64,000 nucleotides of DNA from Eledone cirrhosa. Its lineage: Eukaryota. The translations under genes were made by a program, and so were the position numbers. The stretch is taken from contig OZ024741.1 in NCBI GenBank assembly GCA_964016885.1, forward strand, positions 263,438,001 to 263,502,000, given 5' to 3'. This document shows, in pieces, positions 40,449 to 55,900 of the stretch (position 1 is its first letter; every line of letters starts with the position of its first letter). Under the pieces are notes generated by a model. It was not told the DNA's origin and made no database searches. It saw only the letters and a program-made list of their open reading frames with translations.

Positions 40449-40479
40449 TTGTTGTTATTGTTGTACTATTACGAGAACA

Positions 40480-40873
40480 ACATCCACTGCCACCATCACT
40501 ACTACTACTACTACTATTATCACCACCACCACTACTACTACTATCATCACCACCACAAACACTACTACTACTACTACTATTACTACTATCACCACCACCA
40601 TAGCCACTACTACTACTACTATCACCACCACCACCACTACTACTACTATTATTACAACTATCAGTACCACCACCACCACTACTACTACTACTGCTACTAC
40701 TACTACTATCACCACCACCACTACTGCTACTACTACTACTACTACTACTACTACGACGACGACGACAACCACCACCACCACCGCCACCACCACAATCACC
40801 ACCACAACCATCGCCGCCGCCACCGCCACCACCACCACCACCACCACCACCATTACTACTACGACTACTACTT

Positions 40874-40907
<34 letters not shown>

Positions 40908-40920
40908 CACCACCACCACC
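40480..40920. repeat. Compound (TAC)n/(CAC)n microsatellite
   Basis: Alternating triplet blocks. Confidence 0.95.
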
Positions 40921-40932
40921 AAGGTACAAGGT

Positions 40933-43900
40933 GAAAAATTCTAACCACATGCCCATGGTGTCCGAACTGTGATCTCTCAATTTAGGGCAGTAGCAGCTAT
41001 ACCTGGAGTGACTCCACTAATTCTTTCTTGAGACATTTTAACTGCATGTCTGTAATATCAGAACTGTGATCTCTCAATTCAGAGAAGTAGCAACTATACC
41101 TGGAGTGACTCCACCGATTCTTCCCTGAGACATTCTAACCACATGTTTGTAATATCAGAGCTGTGATCTGTCAAATCTGAGTAGTAGCAGCTATACCTGG
41201 AGAGACTCCACTGATTCTTTCCCGAGACATTTTAACCACATGTCTGTAATATCGGAGCTGTGATCTCTCAATTCGGAGAAGTAGCAGCTATACCTGGAGT
41301 GACTCCAGTATTTCTTTCCTGAGACATTCTAACCACATGTCTGTAATATCGGAGCTGTGGTCTCTCAATTCAGAGAAGTAATAGTTATACCTGGAGTGAC
41401 TCCACTGATTCTTTCCTGAGACATTCTAGCCACATGTTTGTAATATCAGAGCTGTGATCACTCAATTCGGAGAAGTAGCAGCTATACCTGGAGTCAGTCC
41501 ACTGATTCTTTCGTGAGACATTCTAACCAGATGTTTGTAATATCAAAGTTGTTGTCTCTCAATTCAGAGAAGAAGCATCTATACCTGGAGTGACTCCACT
41601 GATTCTTTCGTGAGACATTCTAACCACATGTCTATAATATCAGAGTTGTGGTCTCTCAATTCAGAGAAGAAGCAGCTATACCTGGAGTGACTCCACTGAT
41701 TCTTTCCTGAGACATTCTTTCCACATGCCCATGGTGTCCGAACTGTGATCTCTCAATTCGGAGAAGTGGCAGCTATACTCTGAGTGAGACCACTGATTCT
41801 TTCCTGAGACATTCTAACCACATGTTTGTAATATCGGAGCTGTGATCTCTCAATTCGGAGAACTAGCAGCTATACCTGGAGTGACTCCACTGATTCTTTC
41901 CTGAGACATTTTAACCACATGTCTGTAATATCAGAGTTGTGGTCTCTCAATTCAGAGAAGAAGCAGCTATACCTGGAGTGACTCCACTGATTCTTTCCTG
42001 TGACATTCTAACCACATGTTTGTAATATCGGAGCTGTGATCTCTCAATTCGGAGAAGTAGCATCTATACCTGGAGTGATTCCACTGATTCTTTCCTGAGA
42101 CATTCTAACCACATGTCTGTAATATCGGAGTTGTGGTCTCTCATTTAAGAGAAGAAGCAGCTATAACTAGTGTGACTCAATTCAGAGAAGTAGCAGCTAT
42201 ACATGGAGTGAGTCCACTGATTCTTTCCTGTCACATTCTAACCACATCTCTGTAATATCGGATTTGTGGTCTCTCATTTCACAGAAGTAACAGCTATACC
42301 TGTAGTGACTCCACTGATTCTTTCCTGAAAAATTCTAACCACATGCCCATGGTGTCCGAACTGTGATCTCTCAATTTAGGGCAGTAGCAGCTATACCTGG
42401 AGTGACTCCACTAATTCTTTCTTGAGACATTTCTGTAATATCGGAGTTGTGGTCTCTCATTTAAGAGAAGAAGCAGCTATAACTAGTGTGACTCCACTGA
42501 TTCTTTCCTAAGAAATTCTAACCACATGTTTGTAATATGGGAGAGGGGGCTCTCTCAATTCGGAGAAGTAGCAGCTATACCTGGAGTAACTCCACTGATT
42601 CTTTCCTGAGACATTCTAACCACATGTCTGTAATATCGGAGCTGTGATCTCTTAATTTGGAGAAGTAGCAGCTATATCTAGAGTAACTCCACTGATTCTT
42701 TCCTGAGACATTCTAACCACATGTCTGTAATATCGGAGCTGTGGTCTCTCAATTCGGAGAAGTAGCAGCTATATCTAGAGTGACTCTACTTATTCTTTCC
42801 TGAGAGATTTTAACCACATGTCTGTAATATCGGAGCTATGGTCTCTCAATTCGGAGAAGTAGCAGCTATACCTGGAATAACTCCACTTATTCTTCCCTGA
42901 GACATTCTAACCACATGTTCAGTGTCCGATCTGTGATCTCTCAAATCGGAGAAGTAGCAGCTATACCTGGAGTGAGTCCACTGATTAATTCCTGAGACAA
43001 TTTAACCACATGTCTGTAATATCGGACCTGTGGTCTCTCAATTCGAAGAAGTAGCAGCTATACCTGGGGCGACTCCAGTGATTCTTTCCTGAGACATTCT
43101 AACCACATGCCTATGGTGTCCGAACTGTGATCTCTCAATTCGTAGAAATAGCAGCTCTACCTGGAGTGAGTCCACTGATTCTTTCCTGAGACATTCTAAC
43201 CTCATGCACATAGTGTCCGACCTGTGGTCTCTCAATTCGGAGAAGTAGCAGCTATACCTGGAGTAACTCCACTGATTCTTTCCTGAGACATTTTAACCAC
43301 ATGTCTGTAATATTGGAGCTGTGCTCTCTCAATTCGGAGAAGTAACATCTATACCTAGAGTAACTCCACTGATTCTTTCCTGAAAGATTGTAACCACATG
43401 TCTGTAATATCGGAGCTATGGTCTCTCAATTCGGAGAAGTAGCAGCTATACCTGTCGCGACTCCAGTGATTCTTTCCTGATACATTCTAACTACATGCCC
43501 ATGGTGTCCGAACTGTGATATCCCAATTTGGAGAAGAAAGCAGCTATACCCGGAGCAGATCTAGTGATTTTTTTCCTGAGACATTCTAACCACATTCCTA
43601 TAGTGTCCGAACTCTGATCTCTCAATTCGTTGAAGTAGCAGCTCTACCTCGAGTGAGTCCACTGATTCTTTCCTGAGACATTCTAACCTCATGACCATAG
43701 AGTCCGAACTGTGGTCTCTCAATTCGGAGCAGTAGCAGCTATACCAGGAGTAACTCCACTGATTCTTTCATGAGACATTTTAACCACATGTCTGTAATAT
43801 CGGAGCTATGGTATCTCAACTCGGAGAAGTAGCAGCTATACCTGGAGCAATTCCAGTGATTCTTTCCAGAGACATTCTAACCACATGTCCATAGTGTCCG

Positions 43901-46900
43901 AGCTGTGATCTCTCAATTCGGAGAAGTAGCAGCTATACGTGGAGTGGCTCCACTGATTCTTTCCTGAGACATTCTAACCACATGTCTGTAATATTGGAGC
44001 TGTGATCTCTCAATTCGGAGAAGTAGCAGCTATACCTGGAGTGACTCCAGTGATTCTTTCCTGAGACATTCTAACCACATGCCCATGGTGTCCCAACTTT
44101 GATATCTCAATTTGGAGAAGTAGCAGCTACACCCGAAGCAACTCCAGTGATTCTTTCCTGAGACTTTCTAACCACATGCCTATAGTGTCCGAACTCTGAT
44201 CTCTCAATTCGTAGAAGTAGCAGCTCTACCTGGAGCGAGTCCACTGATTCTTTCCTGAGACATTCTAACCACATGTCTGTAATATCGGTTGTTGTGGTCT
44301 CTAAATTCGGAGAAGTAGCAGCTATACCTGGAGTGACTTCACTGATTCTTTCCTGTGACATTCGAACCACATGTTTGTAATATCGGAGCTGTGATCTCTC
44401 AATTTGGAGAAGTCGCAGCTATACTTGGGGTGATTCCACTGATTCTTTCCTGAGACATTCTAACCACATGTCTGTAATATCGGAGTTGTGGTCTCTCATT
44501 TCATAGAAGAAGCAGCTATACCTGGAGTAAATCCACTGATTCTTTCCTAAGACATTTTAACCACATGTCTGTAATATCAGAGCTGTGGTCTCCCAATTCG
44601 GAGAAGGAGCAGCTATAGCTGGAGCGACTCCACTGATTCTTTCCTGAGACATACTAACAACATGTCTGTAATATCGGAGCCGTGGTCTCTGAATTCGGAG
44701 AAGAAGCAGCTATACCTGGAGTAAATCCACTGATTCTTTCCTGAGACATTGTAACCATATGTCTGTAATATCGGAGCTGTGATCTCTCATTTCAGAGAAG
44801 TAGCAGCTATACCTGGGGTGAGTCCACTGATTCTTTCCTGACACATTCTAACCACATGTCTGTAACATTCGAAGCTGTGGACTCTCAATTCGGAGAAGTA
44901 GCAGCTCTACCTGGAGCGAGTCCACTGATTCTTTCCCGAGACATTTTAACCACATGTCTGTAATATCGGAGCTGTGATCTCTCAATTCGGAGAAGTAGCA
45001 GCTATACCTGGAGTGACTCCAGTATTTCTTTCCTGAGACATTCTAACCACATGTTTGTAAAATCGGAGCTGTGATCTCTCAATTCGGAGAAGTAGCAGCT
45101 ATACCTGGAGTGACTCCACTGATTCTTTCCTGAGACATTCTAACCACATGTCTGTAATATCGGAGCTGTGGTCTCTCAATTCAGAGAAGTAATAGTTATA
45201 CCTGGAGTGACTCCACTGATTCTTTCCTGAGACATTCTAGCCACATGTTTGTAATATCAGAGCTTTGATCACTCAATTCGGAGTAGTAGCAATTAAACCT
45301 GGATCGACTCCAGTGATTCTTTCCTGAGACATTCTAACCACATGCCGATAGTGTCCGAGCTGTAATCTCTCAATTCAGGGCAGTAGCAGCTATACCTTGT
45401 GTCGCTCCACTGATTCTTTTCTGAGACATTTTAACTGCATGACTGTAATATCGGTGCTGTGATCTCTCAATTCGGAGAAGTAGCAGCTATACCTGGAGAG
45501 ACTCCACTGATTCTTTCCTGAGACATTCTAACGACATGTCTGTAATATCGGAGCTGTAGTCTCTCAATTCGGAGAAGGAGAAGCTATACCTGGAGTGACT
45601 CCACTGATTCTTTCTTCAGACATTCTAACGACATGTCTGTAATATCGGAGCTGTGATCACTCAATTCGGAGAAGTAGCAGCTATACCTGGAGTCAGTCCA
45701 CTGATTCTTTCGTGAGACATTCTAACCAGATGTTTGTAATATCAGAGTTGTGGTCTCTCAATTCAGAGAAGAAGCAGCTATACCTGGAGTGACTCCACTG
45801 ATTCTTTCCTGAGACATTCTTTCCACATGCCCATGGTGTCCGAACTGTGATCTCTCAATTCGGAGAAGTGGCAGCTATACTCTGAGTGAGACCACTGATT
45901 CTTTCCTGAGACATTCTAACCAGATGTTTGTAATATCGGAGCTGTGATCTCTCAATTCGGAGAACTAGCAGCTATACCTGGAGTGACTCCACTGATTCTT
46001 TCCTGAGACATTTTAACCACATGTCTGTAATATCAGAGTTGTGATCTCTCAATTCAGAGAAGAAGCAGCTATACCTGGAGTGACTTCACTGATTCTTTCC
46101 TGTGACATTCTAACCACATGTTTGTAATATCGGAGCTGTGATCTCTCAATTCGGAGAAGTAGCATCTATACCTGGAGTGACTCCACTGATTCTTTCCTGA
46201 GACATTCTAACCACATGTTTGTAATATCGGAGCTGTGATCTCTCAATTCGGAGAAGTAGCATCTATACCTGGAGTGACTCCACCGATTCTTCCCTGAGAC
46301 ATTCTAACCACATGTTTGTAATATCAGAGCTGTGATCTGTCAAATCTGAGTAGTAGCAGCTATACCTGGAGAGACTCCACTGATTCTTTCCCGAGACATT
46401 TTAACCACATGTCTGTAATATCGGAGCTGTGATCTCTCAATTCGGAGAAGTAGCAGCTATACCTGGAGTGACTCCAGTATTTCTTTCCTGAGACATTCTA
46501 ACCACATGTCTGTAATATCGGAGCTGTGGTCTCTCAATTCAGAGAAGTAATAGTTATACCTGGAGTGACTCCACTGATTCTTTCCTGAGACATTCTAGCC
46601 ACATGTTTGTAATATCAGAGCTGTGATCACTCAATTCGGAGAAGTAGCAGCTATACCTGGAGTCAGTCCACTGATTCTTTCGTGAGACATTCTAACCAGA
46701 TGTTTGTAATATCAAAGTTGTTGTCTCTCAATTCAGAGAAGAAGCATCTATACCTGGAGTGACTCCACTGATTCTTTCGTGAGACATTCTAACCACATGT
46801 CTATAATATCAGAGTTGTGGTCTCTCAATTCAGAGAAGAAGCAGCTATACCTGGAGTGACTCCACTGATTCTTTCCTGAGACATTCTTTCCACATGCCCA

Positions 46901-49900
46901 TGGTGTCCGAACTGTGATCTCTCAATTCGGAGAAGTGGCAGCTATACTCTGAGTGAGACCACTGATTCTTTCCTGAGACATTCTAACCACATGTTTGTAA
47001 TATCGGAGCTGTGATCTCTCAATTCGGAGAACTAGCAGCTATACCTGGAGTGACTCCACTGATTCTTTCCTGAGACATTTTAACCACATGTCTGTAATAT
47101 CAGAGTTGTGGTCTCTCAATTCAGAGAAGAAGCAGCTATACCTGGAGTGACTCCACTGATTCTTTCCTGTGACATTCTAACCACATGTTTGTAATATCGG
47201 AGCTGTGATCTCTCAATTCGGAGAAGTAGCATCTATACCTGGAGTGATTCCACTGATTCTTTCCTGAGACATTCTAACCACATGTCTGTAATATCGGAGT
47301 TGTGGTCTCTCATTTAAGAGAAGAAGCAGCTATAACTAGTGTGACTCAATTCAGAGAAGTAGCAGCTATACATGGAGTGAGTCCACTGATTCTTTCCTGT
47401 CACATTCTAACCACATCTCTGTAATATCGGATTTGTGGTCTCTCATTTCACAGAAGTAACAGCTATACCTGTAGTGACTCCACTGATTCTTTCCTGAAAA
47501 ATTCTAACCACATGCCCATGGTGTCCGAACTGTGATCTCTCAATTTAGGGCAGTAGCAGCTATACCTGGAGTGACTCCACTAATTCTTTCTTGAGACATT
47601 TCTGTAATATCGGAGTTGTGGTCTCTCATTTAAGAGAAGAAGCAGCTATAACTAGTGTGACTCCACTGATTCTTTCCTGAGAAATTCTAACCACATGTTT
47701 GTAATATGGGAGAGGGGGCTCTCTCAATTCGGAGAAGTAGCAGCTATACCTGGAGTAACTCCACTGATTCTTTCCTGAGACATTCTAACCACATGTCTGT
47801 AATATCGGAGCTGTGATCTCTTAATTTGGAGAAGTAGCAGCTATATCTAGAGTAACTCCACTGATTCTTTCCTGAGACATTCTAACCACATGTCTGTAAT
47901 ATCGGAGCTGTGGTCTCTCAATTCGGAGAAGTAGCAGCTATATCTAGAGTGACTCTACTTATTCTTTCCTGAGAGATTTTAACCACATGTCTGTAATATC
48001 GGAGCTATGGTCTCTCAATTCGGAGAAGTAGCAGCTATACCTGGAATAACTCCACTTATTCTTCCCTGAGACATTCTAACCACATGTTCAGTGTCCGATC
48101 TGTGATCTCTCAAATCGGAGAAGTAGCAGCTATACCTGGAGTGAGTCCACTGATTAATTCCTGAGACAATTTAACCACATGTCTGTAATATCGGACCTGT
48201 GGTCTCTCAATTCGAAGAAGTAGCAGCTATACCTGGGGCGACTCCAGTGATTCTTTCCTGAGACATTCTAACCACATGCCTATGGTGTCCGAACTGTGAT
48301 CTCTCAATTCGTAGAAATAGCAGCTCTACCTGGAGTGAGTCCACTGATTCTTTCCTGAGACATTCTAACCTCATGCACATAGTGTCCGACCTGTGGTCTC
48401 TCAATTCGGAGAAGTAGCAGCTATACCTGGAGTAACTCCACTGATTCTTTCCTGAGACATTTTAACCACATGTCTGTAATATTGGAGCTGTGCTCTCTCA
48501 ATTCGGAGAAGTAACATCTATACCTAGAGTAACTCCACTGATTCTTTCCTGAAAGATTGTAACCACATGTCTGTAATATCGGAGCTATGGTCTCTCAATT
48601 CGGAGAAGTAGCAGCTATACCTGTCGCGACTCCAGTGATTCTTTCCTGATACATTCTAACTACATGCCCATGGTGTCCGAACTGTGATATCCCAATTTGG
48701 AGAAGAAAGCAGCTATACCCGGAGCAGATCTAGTGATTTTTTTCCTGAGACATTCTAACCACATTCCTATAGTGTCCGAACTCTGATCTCTCAATTCGTT
48801 GAAGTAGCAGCTCTACCTCGAGTGAGTCCACTGATTCTTTCCTGAGACATTCTAACCTCATGACCATAGAGTCCGAACTGTGGTCTCTCAATTCGGAGCA
48901 GTAGCAGCTATACCAGGAGTAACTCCACTGATTCTTTCATGAGACATTTTAACCACATGTCTGTAATATCGGAGCTATGGTATCTCAACTCGGAGAAGTA
49001 GCAGCTATACCTGGAGCAATTCCAGTGATTCTTTCCAGAGACATTCTAACCACATGTCCATAGTGTCCGAGCTGTGATCTCTCAATTCGGAGAAGTAGCA
49101 GCTATACGTGGAGTGGCTCCACTGATTCTTTCCTGAGACATTCTAACCACATGTCTGTAATATTGGAGCTGTGATCTCTCAATTCGGAGAAGTAGCAGCT
49201 ATACCTGGAGTGACTCCAGTGATTCTTTCCTGAGACATTCTAACCACATGCCCATGGTGTCCCAACTTTGATATCTCAATTTGGAGAAGTAGCAGCTACA
49301 CCCGAAGCAACTCCAGTGATTCTTTCCTGAGACTTTCTAACCACATGCCTATAGTGTCCGAACTCTGATCTCTCAATTCGTAGAAGTAGCAGCTCTACCT
49401 GGAGCGAGTCCACTGATTCTTTCCTGAGACATTCTAACCACATGTCTGTAATATCGGTTGTTGTGGTCTCTAAATTCGGAGAAGTAGCAGCTATACCTGG
49501 AGTGACTTCACTGATTCTTTCCTGTGACATTCGAACCACATGTTTGTAATATCGGAGCTGTGGTCTCCCAATTCGGAGAAGGAGCAGCTATAGCTGGAGC
49601 GACTCCACTGATTCTTTCCTGAGACATACTAACAACATGTCTGTAATATCGGAGCCGTGGTCTCTGAATTCGGAGAAGAAGCAGCTATACCTGGAGTAAA
49701 TCCACTGATTCTTTCCTGAGACATTGTAACCATATGTCTGTAATATCGGAGCTGTGATCTCTCATTTCAGAGAAGTAGCAGCTATACCTGGGGTGAGTCC
49801 ACTGATTCTTTCCTCACACATTCTAACCACATGTCTGTAACATTCGAAGCTGTGGACTCTCAATTCGGAGAAGTAGCAGCTCTACCTGGAGCGAGTCCAC

Positions 49901-52900
49901 TGATTCTTTCCCGAGACATTTTAACCACATGTCTGTAATATCGGAGCTGTGATCTCTCAATTCGGAGAAGTAGCAGCTATACCTGGAGTGACTCCAGTAT
50001 TTCTTTCCTGAGACATTCTAACCACATGTTTGTAAAATCGGAGCTGTGATCTCTCAATTCGGAGAAGTAGCAGCTATACCTGGAGTGACTCCACTGATTC
50101 TTTCCTGAGACATTCTAACCACATGTCTGTAATATCGGAGCTGTGGTCTCTCAATTCAGAGAAGTAATAGTTATACCTGGAGTGACTCCACTGATTCTTT
50201 CCTGAGACATTCTAGCCACATGTTTGTAATATCAGAGCTTTGATCACTCAATTCGGAGTAGTAGCAATTAAACCTGGATCGACTCCAGTGATTCTTTCCT
50301 GAGACATTCTAACCACATGCCGATAGTGTCCGAGCTGTAATCTCTCAATTCAGGGCAGTAGCAGCTATACCTTGTGTCGCTCCACTGATTCTTTTCTGAG
50401 ACATTTTAACTGCATGACTGTAATATCGGTGCTGTGATCTCTCAATTCGGAGAAGTAGCAGCTATACCTGGAGAGACTCCACTGATTCTTTCCTGAGACA
50501 TTCTAACGACATGTCTGTAATATCGGAGCTGTAGTCTCTCAATTCGGAGAAGGAGAAGCTATACCTGGAGTGACTCCACTGATTCTTTCTTCAGACATTC
50601 TAACGACATGTCTGTAATATCGGAGCTGTGATCACTCAATTCGGAGAAGTAGCAGCTATACCTGGAGTCAGTCCACTGATTCTTTCGTGAGACATTCTAA
50701 CCAGATGTTTGTAATATCAGAGTTGTGGTCTCTCAATTCAGAGAAGAAGCAGCTATACCTGGAGTGACTCCACTGATTCTTTCCTGAGACATTCTTTCCA
50801 CATGCCCATGGTGTCCGAACTGTGATCTCTCAATTCGGAGAAGTGGCAGCTATACTCTGAGTGAGACCACTGATTCTTTCCTGAGACATTCTAACCAGAT
50901 GTTTGTAATATCGGAGCTGTGATCTCTCAATTCGGAGAACTAGCAGCTATACCTGGAGTGACTCCACTGATTCTTTCCTGAGACATTTTAACCACATGTC
51001 TGTAATATCAGAGTTGTGATCTCTCAATTCAGAGAAGAAGCAGCTATACCTGGAGTGACTTCACTGATTCTTTCCTGTGACATTCTAACCACATGTTTGT
51101 AATATCGGAGCTGTGATCTCTCAATTCGGAGAAGTAGCATCTATACCTGGAGTGACTCCACTGATTCTTTCCTGAGACATTCTAACCACATGTTTGTAAT
51201 ATCGGAGCTGTGATCTCTCAATTCGGAGAAGTAGCATCTATACCTGGAGTGACTCCACCGATTCTTCCCTGAGACATTCTAACCACATGTTTGTAATATC
51301 AGAGCTGTGATCTGTCAAATCTGAGTAGTAGCAGCTATACCTGGAGAGACTCCACTGATTCTTTCCCGAGACATTTTAACCACATGTCTGTAATATCGGA
51401 GCTGTGATCTCTCAATTCGGAGAAGTAGCAGCTATACCTGGAGTGACTCCAGTATTTCTTTCCTGAGACATTCTAACCACATGTCTGTAATATCGGAGCT
51501 GTGGTCTCTCAATTCAGAGAAGTAATAGTTATACCTGGAGTGACTCCACTGATTCTTTCCTGAGACATTCTAGCCACATGTTTGTAATATCAGAGCTGTG
51601 ATCACTCAATTCGGAGAAGTAGCAGCTATACCTGGAGTCAGTCCACTGATTCTTTCGTGAGACATTCTAACCAGATGTTTGTAATATCAAAGTTGTTGTC
51701 TCTCAATTCAGAGAAGAAGCATCTATACCTGGAGTGACTCCACTGATTCTTTCGTGAGACATTCTAACCACATGTCTATAATATCAGAGTTGTGGTCTCT
51801 CAATTCAGAGAAGAAGCAGCTATACCTGGAGTGACTCCACTGATTCTTTCCTGAGACATTCTTTCCACATGCCCATGGTGTCCGAACTGTGATCTCTCAA
51901 TTCGGAGAAGTGGCAGCTATACTCTGAGTGAGACCACTGATTCTTTCCTGAGACATTCTAACCACATGTTTGTAATATCGGAGCTGTGATCTCTCAATTC
52001 GGAGAACTAGCAGCTATACCTGGAGTGACTCCACTGATTCTTTCCTGAGACATTTTAACCACATGTCTGTAATATCAGAGTTGTGGTCTCTCAATTCAGA
52101 GAAGAAGCAGCTATACCTGGAGTGACTCCACTGATTCTTTCCTGTGACATTCTAACCACATGTTTGTAATATCGGAGCTGTGATCTCTCAATTCGGAGAA
52201 GTAGCATCTATACCTGGAGTGATTCCACTGATTCTTTCCTGAGACATTCTAACCACATGTCTGTAATATCGGAGTTGTGGTCTCTCATTTAAGAGAAGAA
52301 GCAGCTATAACTAGTGTGACTCAATTCAGAGAAGTAGCAGCTATACATGGAGTGAGTCCACTGATTCTTTCCTGTCACATTCTAACCACATCTCTGTAAT
52401 ATCGGATTTGTGGTCTCTCATTTCACAGAAGTAACAGCTATACCTGTAGTGACTCCACTGATTCTTTCCTGAAAAATTCTAACCACATGCCCATGGTGTC
52501 CGAACTGTGATCTCTCAATTTAGGGCAGTAGCAGCTATACCTGGAGTGACTCCACTAATTCTTTCTTGAGACATTTCTGTAATATCGGAGTTGTGGTCTC
52601 TCATTTAAGAGAAGAAGCAGCTATAACTAGTGTGACTCCACTGATTCTTTCCTGAGAAATTCTAACCACATGTTTGTAATATGGGAGAGGGGGCTCTCTC
52701 AATTCGGAGAAGTAGCAGCTATACCTGGAGTAACTCCACTGATTCTTTCCTGAGACATTCTAACCACATGTCTGTAATATCGGAGCTGTGATCTCTTAAT
52801 TTGGAGAAGTAGCAGCTATATCTAGAGTAACTCCACTGATTCTTTCCTGAGACATTCTAACCACATGTCTGTAATATCGGAGCTGTGGTCTCTCAATTCG

Positions 52901-55900
52901 GAGAAGTAGCAGCTATATCTAGAGTGACTCTACTTATTCTTTCCTGAGAGATTTTAACCACATGTCTGTAATATCGGAGCTATGGTCTCTCAATTCGGAG
53001 AAGTAGCAGCTATACCTGGAATAACTCCACTTATTCTTCCCTGAGACATTCTAACCACATGTTCAGTGTCCGATCTGTGATCTCTCAAATCGGAGAAGTA
53101 GCAGCTATACCTGGAGTGAGTCCACTGATTAATTCCTGAGACAATTTAACCACATGTCTGTAATATCGGACCTGTGGTCTCTCAATTCGAAGAAGTAGCA
53201 GCTATACCTGGGGCGACTCCAGTGATTCTTTCCTGAGACATTCTAACCACATGCCTATGGTGTCCGAACTGTGATCTCTCAATTCGTAGAAATAGCAGCT
53301 CTACCTGGAGTGAGTCCACTGATTCTTTCCTGAGACATTCTAACCTCATGCACATAGTGTCCGACCTGTGGTCTCTCAATTCGGAGAAGTAGCAGCTATA
53401 CCTGGAGTAACTCCACTGATTCTTTCCTGAGACATTTTAACCACATGTCTGTAATATTGGAGCTGTGCTCTCTCAATTCGGAGAAGTAACATCTATACCT
53501 AGAGTAACTCCACTGATTCTTTCCTGAAAGATTGTAACCACATGTCTGTAATATCGGAGCTATGGTCTCTCAATTCGGAGAAGTAGCAGCTATACCTGTC
53601 GCGACTCCAGTGATTCTTTCCTGATACATTCTAACTACATGCCCATGGTGTCCGAACTGTGATATCCCAATTTGGAGAAGAAAGCAGCTATACCCGGAGC
53701 AGATCTAGTGATTTTTTTCCTGAGACATTCTAACCACATTCCTATAGTGTCCGAACTCTGATCTCTCAATTCGTTGAAGTAGCAGCTCTACCTCGAGTGA
53801 GTCCACTGATTCTTTCCTGAGACATTCTAACCTCATGACCATAGAGTCCGAACTGTGGTCTCTCAATTCGGAGCAGTAGCAGCTATACCAGGAGTAACTC
53901 CACTGATTCTTTCATGAGACATTTTAACCACATGTCTGTAATATCGGAGCTATGGTATCTCAACTCGGAGAAGTAGCAGCTATACCTGGAGCAATTCCAG
54001 TGATTCTTTCCAGAGACATTCTAACCACATGTCCATAGTGTCCGAGCTGTGATCTCTCAATTCGGAGAAGTAGCAGCTATACGTGGAGTGGCTCCACTGA
54101 TTCTTTCCTGAGACATTCTAACCACATGTCTGTAATATTGGAGCTGTGATCTCTCAATTCGGAGAAGTAGCAGCTATACCTGGAGTGACTCCAGTGATTC
54201 TTTCCTGAGACATTCTAACCACATGCCCATGGTGTCCCAACTTTGATATCTCAATTTGGAGAAGTAGCAGCTACACCCGAAGCAACTCCAGTGATTCTTT
54301 CCTGAGACTTTCTAACCACATGCCTATAGTGTCCGAACTCTGATCTCTCAATTCGTAGAAGTAGCAGCTCTACCTGGAGCGAGTCCACTGATTCTTTCCT
54401 GAGACATTCTAACCACATGTCTGTAATATCGGTTGTTGTGGTCTCTAAATTCGGAGAAGTAGCAGCTATACCTGGAGTGACTTCACTGATTCTTTCCTGT
54501 GACATTCGAACCACATGTTTGTAATATCGGAGCTGTGATCTCTCAATTTGGAGAAGTCGCAGCTATACTTGGGGTGATTCCACTGATTCTTTCCTGAGAC
54601 ATTGTAACCACATGTCTGTAATATCGGAGTTGTGGTCTCTCATTTCATAGAAGAAGCAGCTATACCTGGAGTAAATCCACTGATTCTTTCCTAAGACATT
54701 TTAACCACATGTCTGTAATATCAGAGCTGTGGTCTCCCAATTCGGAGAAGGAGCAGCTATAGCTGGAGCGACTCCACTGATTCTTTCCTGAGACATACTA
54801 ACAACATGTCTGTAATATCGGAGCCGTGGTCTCTGAATTCGGAGAAGAAGCAGCTATACCTGGAGTAAATCCACTGATTCTTTCCTGAGACATTGTAACC
54901 ATATGTCTGTAATATCGGAGCTGTGATCTCTCATTTCAGAGAAGTAGCAGCTATACCTGGGGTGAGTCCACTGATTCTTTCCTGACACATTCTAACCACA
55001 TGTCTGTAACATTCGAAGCTGTGGACTCTCAATTCGGAGAAGTAGCAGCCCTACCTGGAGCGAGTCCACTGATTCTTTCCCGAGACATTTTAACCACATG
55101 TCTGTAATATCGGAGCTGTGATCTCTCAATTCGGAGAAGTAGCAGCTATACCTGGAGTGACTCCAGTATTTCTTTCCTGAGACATTCTAACCACATGTTT
55201 GTAAAATCGGAGCTGTGATCTCTCAATTCGGAGAAGTAGCAGCTATACCTGGAGTGACTCCACTGATTCTTTCCTGAGACATTCTAACCACATGTCTGTA
55301 ATATCGGAGCTGTGGTCTCTCAATTCAGAGAAGTAATAGTTATACCTGGAGTGACTCCACTGATTCTTTCCTGAGACATTCTAGCCACATGTTTGTAATA
55401 TCAGAGCTTTGATCACTCAATTCGGAGTAGTAGCAATTAAACCTGGATCGACTCCAGTGATTCTTTCCTGAGACATTCTAACCACATGCCGATAGTGTCC
55501 GAGCTGTAATCTCTCAATTCAGGGCAGTAGCAGCTATACCTTGTGTCGCTCCACTGATTCTTTTCTGAGACATTTTAACTGCATGACTGTAATATCGGTG
55601 CTGTGATCTCTCAATTCGGAGAAGTAGCAGCTATACCTGGAGAGACTCCACTGATTCTTTCCTGAGACATTCTAACGACATGTCTGTAATATCGGAGCTG
55701 TAGTCTCTCAATTCGGAGAAGGAGAAGCTATACCTGGAGTGACTCCACTGATTCTTTCTTCAGACATTCTAACGACATGTCTGTAATATCGGAGCTGTGA
55801 TCACTCAATTCGGAGAAGTAGCAGCTATACCTGGAGTCAGTCCACTGATTCTTTCGTGAGACATTCTAACCAGATGTTTGTAATATCAGAGTTGTGGTCT

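Noticed and set aside
40408-40980. Gly/Ser-, His/Tyr- or Val-rich ORFs
   Set aside because: Artefacts of the (TAC)n/(CAC)n microsatellite.
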